NCBI GenBank assembly: GCA_017447165.1
Contig: JAFSOD010000003.1
Span: 100,801-164,800 of the forward strand
Direction: 5' to 3'
DNA from: Bacilli bacterium
GTDB lineage: Bacteria > Bacillota_I > Bacilli_A > RFN20 > CAG-826
DNA length: 64,000 bases
The notes below the pieces were generated by a model. That model was not told the DNA's origin and made no database searches. It worked only from the letters and a program-made list of their open reading frames with translations. The translations under genes were made by a program, and so were the position numbers. This document shows, in pieces, positions 16,432-26,360 of this stretch (position 1 is its first letter; every line of letters starts with the position of its first letter).

Positions 16432-18075
16432 TTATTCCTCGTCTCCAGTTGGGTTAATCACACTATAACCAATATTAGTTAAGTGATCTGCTACTCTTTC
16501 AAGTTCACTAATTAAAGTAGCAAAATCATCAGAAAGAGCCCCGTTACATTCATTGGCGGTCATTCTCTTATAATGGTTGTCACTAAGCTCTTTAGCGAGG
16601 ACATCACTTCTATCTTCTAATTCATGGAGTTTATCTAGTTTTTGATATTCTTCGTTTTTAAAGATGCCCAGAGTTAAATCAGACATATCCATAATTAAAT
16701 CAAAGAAAACATCAATCTCTTTGATGGCAACATTAGAGAATTTTAAATCACTTTCTTCTAATTTCTTAGAGTTGTCATAGAAGTTATAGGCGTGATCACC
16801 AATTCTTTCAATATCATTAATAACGTGGAAATAAGATCCCACAACTTTAGAATCTTCTTTACTAACTTTATTAGATAAAGATATGAGATATTCAGTAATT
16901 TTACTATTGATATAATCAATATTACTTTCAGTATCCGCAATAGAGCCTGAATTAGACTTATCTCTTTTAACTAAACATTCGTAGCCATATCTAAAGTTAA
17001 GCATCGCGAGATTATACATATGTAAGATTTCGTTTTTCACTTCCATAACTGCGATATCAGGAGTGTTTAATAATCTGTCATCGATATATAAAAGTAAATT
17101 CTTCTTATTTTCTAAATCTTTATCCTTAATAACTCTTTCAGAAAATTTGATTAAAGGTTTCACTAAAGGCATAGAAGCAACAAAGAAAACTACACTATAA
17201 AGTAATGTAAACATCGCTAAACCTAAACCTGATGAGCCAAAGCTTGTAGAAAAGAAATTAGAAATTGGAGTAGATAAAGGCCAAATAATTGCAATAGCGA
17301 TTAAGGCCGCAACTACTTTTATGACTAATGAGATGAAGCCTGACCTTTTGGCGTTAACTGTGCCTCCAATAGTGGCAATTAAAGTTGTGACACAAGTTCC
17401 AATTGTTGCTCCTAAAGCGATATATATCGCACTAGAAAAAGGAATTGCCCCACTAGAGACCATGACAATAGCAATACCAGTCACCGCACTACTAGACTGC
17501 ACTAAAGCAGTTAAAACAATACCAATTAAAAGAAGTAATAACGGGAAACTAACTGAAGAGAATAACTGTTGAGTAGCACTATTAATATCAGCCTGACTAA
17601 AAGCGCTTTTTAATAGGTCTAAGCCTAAGAAAACTAGACCAAATCCAGTAAGAACTTCACCTAAATTTTTGACTTTTTCTTTTTTAAAGAACATCATTAC
17701 AACGCCAACAAAAGCAATAAGAGCTAAATATAAGCCAATACTAAATGAAGAAAGTGACACTAATATGCCTGTAACTGTGGTACCAATAAAAGAACCAAGC
17801 ATGATGTTCACTCCTTGATATAGAGTCATCACTCCGGCATTAATAAAACCAACTGCCAGTACACAAGTAGCCGCACTAGATTGAATTAAAGCTGTGACTC
17901 CACTACCAATTCCTAAACACGCAAAAGGGCTATTCTGTGTTTTCTTAAATATTTTCTTAAGAGATTTACCTGTCGCTTTTTTTAGTCCGCCTGACATAAG
18001 ATTCATGCCGGCGATAAAAACAGTGACACCTAAGAATAAAAATATAATCGCAGTCGCTAAATCTTTTACAAGCAT
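16432..18075 (-). CDS. Na/Pi cotransporter family protein with a PhoU-like C-terminal domain
   Basis: 547 aa. The N-terminal half is polytopic with duplicated QSSSA(A/V)T motifs. The C-terminal half is soluble and helical, with two IERIGDHA / LERVADHL repeats. Confidence 0.85.
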   Translation of the reverse strand: MLVKDLATAIIFLFLGVTVFIAGMNLMSGGLKKATGKSLKKIFKKTQNSPFACLGIGSGVTALIQSSAATCVLAVGFINAGVMTLYQGVNIMLGSFIGTTVTGILVSLSSFSIGLYLALIAFVGVVMMFFKKEKVKNLGEVLTGFGLVFLGLDLLKSAFSQADINSATQQLFSSVSFPLLLLLIGIVLTALVQSSSAVTGIAIVMVSSGAIPFSSAIYIALGATIGTCVTTLIATIGGTVNAKRSGFISLVIKVVAALIAIAIIWPLSTPISNFFSTSFGSSGLGLAMFTLLYSVVFFVASMPLVKPLIKFSERVIKDKDLENKKNLLLYIDDRLLNTPDIAVMEVKNEILHMYNLAMLNFRYGYECLVKRDKSNSGSIADTESNIDYINSKITEYLISLSNKVSKEDSKVVGSYFHVINDIERIGDHAYNFYDNSKKLEESDLKFSNVAIKEIDVFFDLIMDMSDLTLGIFKNEEYQKLDKLHELEDRSDVLAKELSDNHYKRMTANECNGALSDDFATLISELERVADHLTNIGYSVINPTGDEE

Positions 18076-18113
18076 ATATGATATTTTATCATCATAGTGG
18101 TAAGATTTATCTA

Positions 18114-18653
18114 ATGAAATTCATAAATTACAAAACAAATCAAAATATTAAAAAAGATATTGAGCCAATATATGTCTCTAGTTTTCCTGAAGAAGAAAGA
18201 CCACCAGTAGAGATGTTTTTCTCTTTTGCATTAAAAGAAGATAACGACATATATGGGGTCTATGTTAACGACTCTTTTATTGGTTTTACTAATCTTTTAT
18301 TTTATAAAGATCTCTGCTATCTCTTCTTTTTGGCGGTTTCTCCTAAATATAGAAATAAAGGATATGGAAGCAAAATCATCCAAGAAGTATTTAAAAAATA
18401 TCCTAATAAAACTTTCATCCTCTGCTTTGAAGAAGTTGATGATAAATATAGTGATAACCAGTTAAGAAAAAGAAGAAGAGATTTCTATTATCGAAACGGG
18501 TTCAAAGAAAATATCCTCAAAACCTGTGAATATGGCGTCCGTTATGACACAGTGTATCATGGGTCTCACCAAGTAAGTTTTGAGGATTATTTATCTTTAT
18601 TTATCCACTGCTATGGCCAGATGGCTAAACAGTATATCAAGGAAGCAAAATAA
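18114..18653 (+). CDS. GNAT family N-acetyltransferase
   Basis: LAVSPKYRNKGYGSKII acetyl-CoA-binding motif. The ATG at 18114 (MKFINYK) is more plausible than the ORF-track start at 18078. Confidence 0.75.
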   Translation: MKFINYKTNQNIKKDIEPIYVSSFPEEERPPVEMFFSFALKEDNDIYGVYVNDSFIGFTNLLFYKDLCYLFFLAVSPKYRNKGYGSKIIQEVFKKYPNKTFILCFEEVDDKYSDNQLRKRRRDFYYRNGFKENILKTCEYGVRYDTVYHGSHQVSFEDYLSLFIHCYGQMAKQYIKEAK

Positions 18654-18696
18654 AACCATCGATTGAAACTCGATGGTTTTTATTACTATGTAATAA

Positions 18697-19356
18697 TTAG
18701 CGAATCACCATTGTGAGCACTAAAGCAAGCGCAGCACATCCGCTAGCAAACGCTGGATGATAAATAACTTTTTTAACTTTATTAAAATTCCAGTTATATT
18801 TTTCTGCTAATTTCATCGCTCCAAAAATTAAAGCGCCAGCGGCAAAAGTATATAAAATAGCAACACAGTTAATCATAAATGTGTATTTTTCAAAATTATC
18901 AATGACTTGGCTTGCTGTTGCGTAAGCTGGATTGACTCTAATAAATGTAGAAACACCTAAATATAATGTATTAGCGATAATCATTGTTCCTAAGCCAGCA
19001 AAAGAAATAATATTTTTTGGTCTAATAATTAATAAGGCGACACCCATAAAGACGCCTTCCATAAGGATGTAATAGACTGGATTAATAGCCATACCGAAGG
19101 CTAAACATGCGATTAATTTAATAGCACCAGCTAGAACTGCCATATAAATTGAGCTAGCAAATGTACCAGTTCTTTTATAGCATGCACCCATTAAGAAATA
19201 GGCAATAGGCACCATAATGGTGCTTGATGCTAAAAACATCGTGTTAGGTATAAAGTGCATATGGAGTAAACTACCTAAGGTAGCTTCTAAAATGCCCCAT
19301 AATCCACCAAATAATAAAACTGAGAATAAAATATTTAAAACTTTCTTCTTTGTCAT
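18697..19356 (-). CDS. Polytopic membrane protein, function unknown
   Basis: About 6 TM segments. The ATG at 19356 (MTKKKV) has GGAG upstream, whereas the ORF-track start at 19371 is a TTG. Confidence 0.65.
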   Translation of the reverse strand: MTKKKVLNILFSVLLFGGLWGILEATLGSLLHMHFIPNTMFLASSTIMVPIAYFLMGACYKRTGTFASSIYMAVLAGAIKLIACLAFGMAINPVYYILMEGVFMGVALLIIRPKNIISFAGLGTMIIANTLYLGVSTFIRVNPAYATASQVIDNFEKYTFMINCVAILYTFAAGALIFGAMKLAEKYNWNFNKVKKVIYHPAFASGCAALALVLTMVIR

Positions 19357-19405
19357 ACTAATAATCTCCAATTAGAAATATATTAACTTAATTTTTAATT
19401 AATAT

Positions 19406-19945
19406 CTACCCTAAACAGATATAAATTGCGTAAAAAGTCGGCTTATTATATTCGGTTTCGTTTTTAATCATCCAACCAGTAGAATTGATTGGGAATTGAA
19501 GAACTTTTCCTCCACCATCTGGATCATAAGTCACTATATCTTTAGGTGCTTCATAATCTCCTACAGGAGTGCCAGCCCCCTCTTTATTGTTATAAACATT
19601 ATAAAAAGTTCCTTTTGTCCCAAAATAATCAATCATTAAACGATCAACGGTGAATTCAGACACTGATTTAATATAAGATCCTGGAGCAAGTTGAATTTGC
19701 GGCTCAGCCCCTTTAGTGTTAAGTTTACATCCAGCGCTAATCTCCACTTGATAACTTTTATCAGTGTCAGGGATAGTAAGAGTCACTATTTCCGCTGCTT
19801 CTGAATCAGTTGATGTTAAAGAAGTTTTTTCAGGAGTTAAAAGTTGAATATCACCTGTAAAATCTGGAAGACCGGTCGCTGGTTCTTCTCTACATCCAGT
19901 TAAAGCAAATAATGGTAATAAGCCTAAAATAAAAATTTTTTTCAT
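19406..19945 (-). CDS. Lipoprotein, function unknown
   Basis: Signal peptide with lipobox LFALTGC. 179 aa. Upstream of, and probably co-transcribed with, 18697-19356. Confidence 0.7.
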   Translation of the reverse strand: MKKIFILGLLPLFALTGCREEPATGLPDFTGDIQLLTPEKTSLTSTDSEAAEIVTLTIPDTDKSYQVEISAGCKLNTKGAEPQIQLAPGSYIKSVSEFTVDRLMIDYFGTKGTFYNVYNNKEGAGTPVGDYEAPKDIVTYDPDGGGKVLQFPINSTGWMIKNETEYNKPTFYAIYICLG

Positions 19946-20099
19946 ATAATCTTTCCTTTAGGCATTATTTTTTCATAGATTTTATAAATAAAAAAGCACA
20001 TTTTTTGGTCTCGCACGCGCAGTCATTAACCTTGAATGACGCGCATAAAATAAAAAATTTTTTACTATATTAAATCTAGTTATCTCTTTAAAATAATTA

Positions 20100-20942
20100 G
20101 TGAACATTATGGTCGACATTTATAAAGAATTGGACAAATTAAGAAAACAAGGCAAAGATGCGGTTATTGTTACTGTGACTGAAAAAAGTGGCATGGGTCC
20201 TGCTGATGTTGGCAAGAAAATGCTAGTTACAGAAGGTAATGTTGCTTTTGGTACAGTCGGTGGCGGAGCTATTGAATATTACGCCAGAGAAAAATGTAAA
20301 GAAGTCTTAGAAAATAGAATATCTTTCTCCGAAAAATATATTTTAAATGATCGCACCGTCAGTGTTGATGATGGATCGATCATATTACCAATGGCCTGTG
20401 GAGGCAAAGTCACGTTATTTTATGAATTCGTTGGTCCTAAACAATATGTTTATATTTTTGGTGCAGGACATTGTGGAGCAGCATTAGCTAGAGTTTTAAA
20501 ACCTTTAGGTTTTTTCACCGCTATCATTGATGAAAGAGATTATGTAATCAATGCTTTAGACGATGCAGCGGACGTCAAAGTCAATGAAGGCTTTGTGGAA
20601 TATATTGAAAAGCACGGACTACCTGATAATCGCTATATAGTTGTCTGCACTCCAAGTCATCAAAATGACTTTCATGTCTTAAACAAAATTTTAGAATTAA
20701 AAATTAAACCAAAATATTTTGGAATGCTTTGTTCTAAAAAGAAGATTGGTGATTATTTAGAAAAAGCCTACCAATTATATGGTAAAGATATCGATCTCAC
20801 TAATTTTTATTCTCCGATTGGTTTACAAACTGGTGGCGATTCTCCTGAAGAAGTCGCTATTTCTATTGCAGGAGAAATACTTTCAGTATTCTATAATAAA
20901 GCCGATATTAACTCTCATATGAGAGATTTAGCTAAAAAATAA
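20100..20942 (+). CDS. XdhC/CoxI family accessory protein
   Basis: N-terminal XdhC_CoxI-like region and a Rossmann-like YIFGAGHCGAALARVL. Starts at GTG 20100 or ATG 20109. Confidence 0.75.
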   Translation: MNIMVDIYKELDKLRKQGKDAVIVTVTEKSGMGPADVGKKMLVTEGNVAFGTVGGGAIEYYAREKCKEVLENRISFSEKYILNDRTVSVDDGSIILPMACGGKVTLFYEFVGPKQYVYIFGAGHCGAALARVLKPLGFFTAIIDERDYVINALDDAADVKVNEGFVEYIEKHGLPDNRYIVVCTPSHQNDFHVLNKILELKIKPKYFGMLCSKKKIGDYLEKAYQLYGKDIDLTNFYSPIGLQTGGDSPEEVAISIAGEILSVFYNKADINSHMRDLAKK

Positions 20943-21307
20943 TGGGCTGTCCATTTTGTAATTTAAAAGAAAATATCTTATTTGAAAACGACTTAGCGGT
21001 CGCTTTTTTTGATTCTTATCCGGTAAGTAAAGGACACACTCTTATTATTCCAAAAAGACATAGTGAGCATTACTTTGAACTTACAAAAAGAGAAATTGAA
21101 GCAATGTTTGAATTATCTCAAAAAGTAAAAGAATATTTAGATAAAGAATTTCATCCTGATGGATATAATGTTGGCTTTAACGTTTTAGAAGCTGGTGGGC
21201 AAAGTGTGATGCACACACATATGCACGTTATCCCACGCTATGAGGGTGATGCAGAAAATCCTCGAGGCGGCATAAGAAAAATAGTCAAACAAAAAGACAC
21301 TTACTAG
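20942..21307 (+). CDS. HIT family nucleotide hydrolase
   Basis: Histidine triad HTHMHVIP. Its start overlaps the xdhC stop (TAATG). Confidence 0.9.
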   Translation: MGCPFCNLKENILFENDLAVAFFDSYPVSKGHTLIIPKRHSEHYFELTKREIEAMFELSQKVKEYLDKEFHPDGYNVGFNVLEAGGQSVMHTHMHVIPRYEGDAENPRGGIRKIVKQKDTY

Positions 21308-21324
21308 AGTGCCTTTTTATTAAC

Positions 21325-22455
21325 CTATAAATCTGTTCTTTTACCTTTATAAAAAGTTGAATCAATTAAGCCTCCACCAAGACAAATATCACCATCATAA
21401 AATACAGCAGCTTGTCCAGGGGTGACTGCTTTATATGGTTCATCAAAGACAAGTTCCACTAGATCATCACCTTTATAGAAAATAGTGACTCCATTATCTT
21501 TTTGTCGATATCTAAATTTAGCATAGATATGTTGACCATTTTTTGGTTTATCAGTGATGAAATTTAAATTACTCACTAAGCAAGAATCGGAATTAAGTCG
21601 ATCAGATTCAGGACCACTAGCAACATATAAAATGTTGTTTTTGATATCTTTTTTAACGATAAACCAGCCTTGGGCGGTTTCCCCATGAATTCCACCTATG
21701 CCTAAGCCTTTTCTTTGACCGATTGTGTAATACATCACCCCGTCATGGGTACCAATTACTCTATTAGTGTCAATATCGACGATATTTCCTTTTTTCGCAG
21801 GAATATAATTCTTTAAGAATTCTTTGAAATTTCTCTCTCCAATAAAACACACACCTGTTGAGTCTTTTTTATCGGCAATATCGAGGTTTAAATCATGAGC
21901 GATTTTTCTAACCTCTTTTTTATCAATATCTCCTAAAGGAAATAATGAATATTTGAGTTGATCTTGAGAAATTTGTGATAAGAAATAAGTTTGCTCTTTA
22001 TTTTGATCAAAGCTCTTACATAGATATGCCTTGCCGTCTTTATCAACACGCTTAGCGTAATGCCCCATCGCAATCATATCAAAACCTTTATCTAAAGCGA
22101 ACTTTAAGAAAGCATCAAACTTAATATATTTATTACAGAAAATATCTGGGTTTGGAGTTCTTCCGTTTTCATACTCTCTTATTAAATAAGAGAAGACATC
22201 ATCCCAATACTCTTTAACAAAATCAATTCTTAATAATTCGATACCTAGTTTTTTTGCTACCGCTACCGCGTCATCATAATCTTTCTCTTGAGGACACTGC
22301 GAGTTATTGATGTTTGGATTACCTAAATAATCATTATTAGCGAGACTATCCCAGTTACGCATAAAACAGGCAGTTACTTCGTATCCTTGTTTTTGAAGTA
22401 GATACGCTGCTACTGCACTATCAACGCCACCAGAAAGACCAACTAATACTTTCAT
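21325..22455 (-). CDS. mnmA: tRNA 2-thiouridine(34) synthase MnmA
   Basis: PP-loop VGLSGGVDSAV, catalytic-Cys context, 376 aa. Confidence 0.95.
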   Translation of the reverse strand: MKVLVGLSGGVDSAVAAYLLQKQGYEVTACFMRNWDSLANNDYLGNPNINNSQCPQEKDYDDAVAVAKKLGIELLRIDFVKEYWDDVFSYLIREYENGRTPNPDIFCNKYIKFDAFLKFALDKGFDMIAMGHYAKRVDKDGKAYLCKSFDQNKEQTYFLSQISQDQLKYSLFPLGDIDKKEVRKIAHDLNLDIADKKDSTGVCFIGERNFKEFLKNYIPAKKGNIVDIDTNRVIGTHDGVMYYTIGQRKGLGIGGIHGETAQGWFIVKKDIKNNILYVASGPESDRLNSDSCLVSNLNFITDKPKNGQHIYAKFRYRQKDNGVTIFYKGDDLVELVFDEPYKAVTPGQAAVFYDGDICLGGGLIDSTFYKGKRTDL

Positions 22456-22907
22456 TAGAATAATTCCTTACTGTCTAACACTAAAGTAAATGGACCATCA
22501 TTCACACTATGGACATCCATATCTGCGCCAAAAACACCAGTTTCAATATGTTTGCCACTTAATCTAGCTAATTCTTCGTTAAAGAATTCGTATAGTGGCT
22601 CCGCTTCATGTGGGTGTAAGGCATTTACAAATGATGGGCGTCTACCTCCGGTTGTGTCCGCGTATAATGTGAATTGGCTAATAGAAAGAATTCCTCCATT
22701 AACCGCATCTAAAGACAAATTAATTTGTCTTTTTTCATCAGCGAACACTCTAAGTTTCACAATCTTATCAGCCATCTTGGTAACAATTTCTTTATCATCA
22801 CCCATTGTAAAACCGGTAAGTAAAAGGTAACCGTTAGAAATACTTCCAACGGTCTTACCTAATATATCAACGTGAGCAGATTTTACAGTTTGTAATACAA
22901 CTTTCAT
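22455..22907 (-). CDS. dtd: D-aminoacyl-tRNA deacylase
   Basis: 150 aa. SQFTLYAD and the C-terminal NDGPFT motif. Confidence 0.93.
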   Translation of the reverse strand: MKVVLQTVKSAHVDILGKTVGSISNGYLLLTGFTMGDDKEIVTKMADKIVKLRVFADEKRQINLSLDAVNGGILSISQFTLYADTTGGRRPSFVNALHPHEAEPLYEFFNEELARLSGKHIETGVFGADMDVHSVNDGPFTLVLDSKELF

Positions 22908-24220
22908 TAAGCTTCTCTAATCACTTCTCTAATAACTGGTAAAGCTTCAACCTTGCTTCTAGAATATTTATACGCTCCATAGATTTCATCTAAAATTGAT
23001 GCATATTCATTAAGTGGTTTATTAGTATAGACGGTACAAAGAAGATCACCTTTTTTAACTTTAGAACCAACTTTACAGGCTAGAACAATACCAGCACTCA
23101 TATCGATTTTATCTTCAAGAGTTTCTCTACCGCCACCTAACTTCATGGAGGAAATACCAATATCTAAAGCGTTAATTTCTTTAATATATCCGCTTTCTTT
23201 GCTTCTAACTTCCACGATGTTACGCGCCATTTCAAATTTCTCTGGATGCTTGATGTATTCTACATCACCGCCTTGAGCTTCGACCATTTGGCAGAACTTC
23301 TTAAAGGCCGCACCATTTTCAATGACTTGATGTAATTTTTCTCTAGCTTCTTCTAAGGTCTCACAGATCTTAGCTTGAACAAGCATGATACTACCAGAGG
23401 TGTAACATAATTCCATTAAGTCTTCTGGACCTTGTCCACGTAAAGAAGCAATAGCTTCTTTCACTTCGAGGTTATTGCCAACAGCAAAACCTAAAGGTTC
23501 ACTCATATCACTTAAGACAGCGATTGTATTTCTATGTAAAGAAGAGCCAATACCGACCATGGTTTTAGCAAGCTCTCTAGCTTGATTCATGTTTTTCATG
23601 AACGCACCTTCACCAACGGTAACGTCAAGAAGAATAGCGTCAGTACCACTGGCAAGTTTTTTAGACATAACACTAGCGGCAATTAATGGGATTGATTCGA
23701 CAGTTCCAGTAACGTCTCTAAGAGCATATAACTTTTTATCAGCAGGAACTAACGCTGCAGTTTGACCAACGATAGCGATACCAATATCGTTAACTTGGGC
23801 AATCATTTGTTTGATTGATTTAGAAATGGATAGATTTGGAATGGACTCTAATTTATCAAGAGTACCTCCGGTATGGCCTAAGCCACGTCCACTCATTTTG
23901 GCTAGTTTTGCCCCACAAGCAGCAACCATTGGTCCAAGGACCAAAGATGTCTTATCACCAACACCACCAGTAGAGTGTTTATCAACTTTAATACCTTCAA
24001 TATCACTTAAATCGACGACATCACCACTATGTTCCATATAGTCAGTTAATGTTGCGATTTCTCTTTTGTTCATCCCTTCAAAAAAGATGGCCATGTTCAT
24101 CGCACTAGATTGATAATCTGGAATTTCTCCTTTAACGTAACCGTCAATCCAGAACTTGATTTCTTCATCGGCAAGTTCAAAGCCGTCTCTTTTTTTCATG
24201 ATTAAGTCTACCATTCTCAT
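22907..24220 (-). CDS. pdp: Pyrimidine-nucleoside phosphorylase
   Basis: MRMVDLIMKKRDG N-terminus, KHSTGGVGDK phosphate-binding motif, 437 aa. Confidence 0.93.
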   Translation of the reverse strand: MRMVDLIMKKRDGFELADEEIKFWIDGYVKGEIPDYQSSAMNMAIFFEGMNKREIATLTDYMEHSGDVVDLSDIEGIKVDKHSTGGVGDKTSLVLGPMVAACGAKLAKMSGRGLGHTGGTLDKLESIPNLSISKSIKQMIAQVNDIGIAIVGQTAALVPADKKLYALRDVTGTVESIPLIAASVMSKKLASGTDAILLDVTVGEGAFMKNMNQARELAKTMVGIGSSLHRNTIAVLSDMSEPLGFAVGNNLEVKEAIASLRGQGPEDLMELCYTSGSIMLVQAKICETLEEAREKLHQVIENGAAFKKFCQMVEAQGGDVEYIKHPEKFEMARNIVEVRSKESGYIKEINALDIGISSMKLGGGRETLEDKIDMSAGIVLACKVGSKVKKGDLLCTVYTNKPLNEYASILDEIYGAYKYSRSKVEALPVIREVIREA

Positions 24221-24311
24221 AGTTATATACCTCGTTAATATGTTATCACAAATGATGTATTAAAATACATTCATTTTTGAAATATATATTTATCTGCTTT
24301 ATAATAACGTC

Positions 24312-25577
24312 ATGACTTTTAAAGAACATCTCATTCAATCTATCGGGGAGAAGGAAGCAGAATTATTAATTAGCTCGCTTGGTCATAAAAGTGAGCACGC
24401 AGTTTTACTTAATACTAGTAAAATTAGTGATGAAGAATTCTTAAAAGAATTCCCTCTAGTAAAACCTCACCCAATTGTGAAGCATGCTTTTATCTATGAT
24501 AAAGATGTCTATGAACTAGGAAAGCATATCTATCACGAGCTTGGTTATTACTACCTACAAGAACCAAGCGCGATGGTTGTCTCTTCTTTAATCGATTTTA
24601 ATGAAGATGATTTAGTTCTTGATATGTGTGCCGCTCCTGGAGGAAAAACTATCCAAGCATCTTTTAAGATGAATGATAAGGGGTTAATTGTTTCTAACGA
24701 TTTATCTTTTTCTAGATGTGGCTTATTAAGTAATAACTTAGAAAGATTAGGAGTCGGTAATGTCATAATCACCAATAATGATTTAAGTAAGATTTATCTT
24801 AAATATGAAAATACATTCGATAAGATTATCTTAGATGCACCTTGTTCTGGATCGGGAATGTTTAGAAAAGACGAGGCTTTGCTTATTGATTGGTCGATAA
24901 ATAAAGTTTATAAATATCAAGAAATCCAAAAAGAATTAATCTTAATGGCTTATTATATGCTAAAGCCAGGCGGAGTCTTATCATATTCAACTTGTAGCTA
25001 TTCCAAAGAAGAAGATGAAGATGTCGCTAAACATTTATTAGAGAACAGTAACGCTGAACTAGTTAATACACCTTCACATATGTGTTTCTATATTAAAGAT
25101 ATTGGGATTAGATTAATGCCATCTCACTTTAATGGAGAAGGTCAATACATTGTTCAATTCAAAAAACCAGGTGAGTCTACAAAGACAAGTTTTGTTCATG
25201 TGAACAAATTTCCTCAATTAGTGTCAGGAAATAAAGATGTCAAAAAAGTTAATAACTATTTATTCGCAGTCAATAATGGTTTAGAACTTAAAGGCTTCAA
25301 TATCTTTAGATATGGAGTAAAAGTCGGAGAATTTAAAAAAGATCTCTTTAAATATGATCTTCATTACGCTAGAAGCTACGCTAAAGAGAATTTCAACAAA
25401 GTTGAACTAACTTTAGATGAATTAAAGAAATATTTGTATGGAGAACAACTCTCTAAACCAAATAGTTATAAAGGCTACGTTCTTCTTGCATATAAAAACA
25501 CCGCTGTCGACATTGCTAAGACAGACGGTCAAATAATTAAAAACTATTATCCAAAAGGACTTAGAAAGAAATTCTAA
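24312..25577 (+). CDS. RsmB/RsmF-like (NOL1/NOP2/Sun) SAM-dependent RNA m5C methyltransferase
   Basis: DMCAAPGGKT and DAPCSGSGMFRK motifs, TCS catalytic Cys. Confidence 0.85.
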   Translation: MTFKEHLIQSIGEKEAELLISSLGHKSEHAVLLNTSKISDEEFLKEFPLVKPHPIVKHAFIYDKDVYELGKHIYHELGYYYLQEPSAMVVSSLIDFNEDDLVLDMCAAPGGKTIQASFKMNDKGLIVSNDLSFSRCGLLSNNLERLGVGNVIITNNDLSKIYLKYENTFDKIILDAPCSGSGMFRKDEALLIDWSINKVYKYQEIQKELILMAYYMLKPGGVLSYSTCSYSKEEDEDVAKHLLENSNAELVNTPSHMCFYIKDIGIRLMPSHFNGEGQYIVQFKKPGESTKTSFVHVNKFPQLVSGNKDVKKVNNYLFAVNNGLELKGFNIFRYGVKVGEFKKDLFKYDLHYARSYAKENFNKVELTLDELKKYLYGEQLSKPNSYKGYVLLAYKNTAVDIAKTDGQIIKNYYPKGLRKKF

Positions 25578-26359
25578 TAGATTCTATTGAATCGATAATA
25601 TTTATCATGAAGTTCGACCATTCTTGAGTGGTCGATTTTTCTTGCTTGGAAAGTGACTTCAGCTTGGACTCGAGATTGAACTATTCTAGCCACTTCTTCA
25701 GTAGTCATTCCTTCGTATTCGCTAGGATAAATTGGCTTTAAGAATTTGATGTATGTAGGATATCTTTTAAAGTTATGTTTTGTATGTAAAATTCTAAAGC
25801 TGCCAAACACAACAGTTGGCACTAATGGGACCTTAGCCTTCATGGCGGCTCTAAAGGTACCATGATGGAAAGGAAGTAGCTTGCCCATATTGTCTTTATT
25901 TCTAGTACCCTCTGGGAAAACAACCCAGTTAATTTCTTTTTTGGTAAGTGAATCTTGAACCCTCATCATTACTCGTAAGGACTGCTTTAAATCTCCACGA
26001 TCTAAGAATTGTCCATCAATACTTCTAAAGACACGGCCCACGAATGGGAGTTTTTCAATCTCTTTTTTAGCAACAAATGTCACAGGTTTATCAATAGCCT
26101 GGAAGTAAAGCAAAGGATCAGCTGCTCCCATATGGTTAGAATAAAAACAACATGTTTCGTTAGGAATATTTTCCTTGCCTTCCACTAAAACATCTAACTT
26201 CAAATTATGATTAACTTTTAAAATTAATTTTCTAGCTTTTTTATAGCGTCTTTCAATCGGGGTTTTGGTATTTTTTCTAGAATAAGAAAGCATCCAGGCA
26301 AAATATGAGGCAATAATTCTAGGAGCAGAAAGTAAAACTGTGCGTAAAATATGCCACAT
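25574..26359 (-). CDS. plsC: 1-acyl-sn-glycerol-3-phosphate acyltransferase
   Basis: NHMGAAD (HX4D) and FPEGTR motifs. Confidence 0.85.
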   Translation of the reverse strand: MWHILRTVLLSAPRIIASYFAWMLSYSRKNTKTPIERRYKKARKLILKVNHNLKLDVLVEGKENIPNETCCFYSNHMGAADPLLYFQAIDKPVTFVAKKEIEKLPFVGRVFRSIDGQFLDRGDLKQSLRVMMRVQDSLTKKEINWVVFPEGTRNKDNMGKLLPFHHGTFRAAMKAKVPLVPTVVFGSFRILHTKHNFKRYPTYIKFLKPIYPSEYEGMTTEEVARIVQSRVQAEVTFQARKIDHSRMVELHDKYYRFNRIY

Positions 26360-26360
26360 A

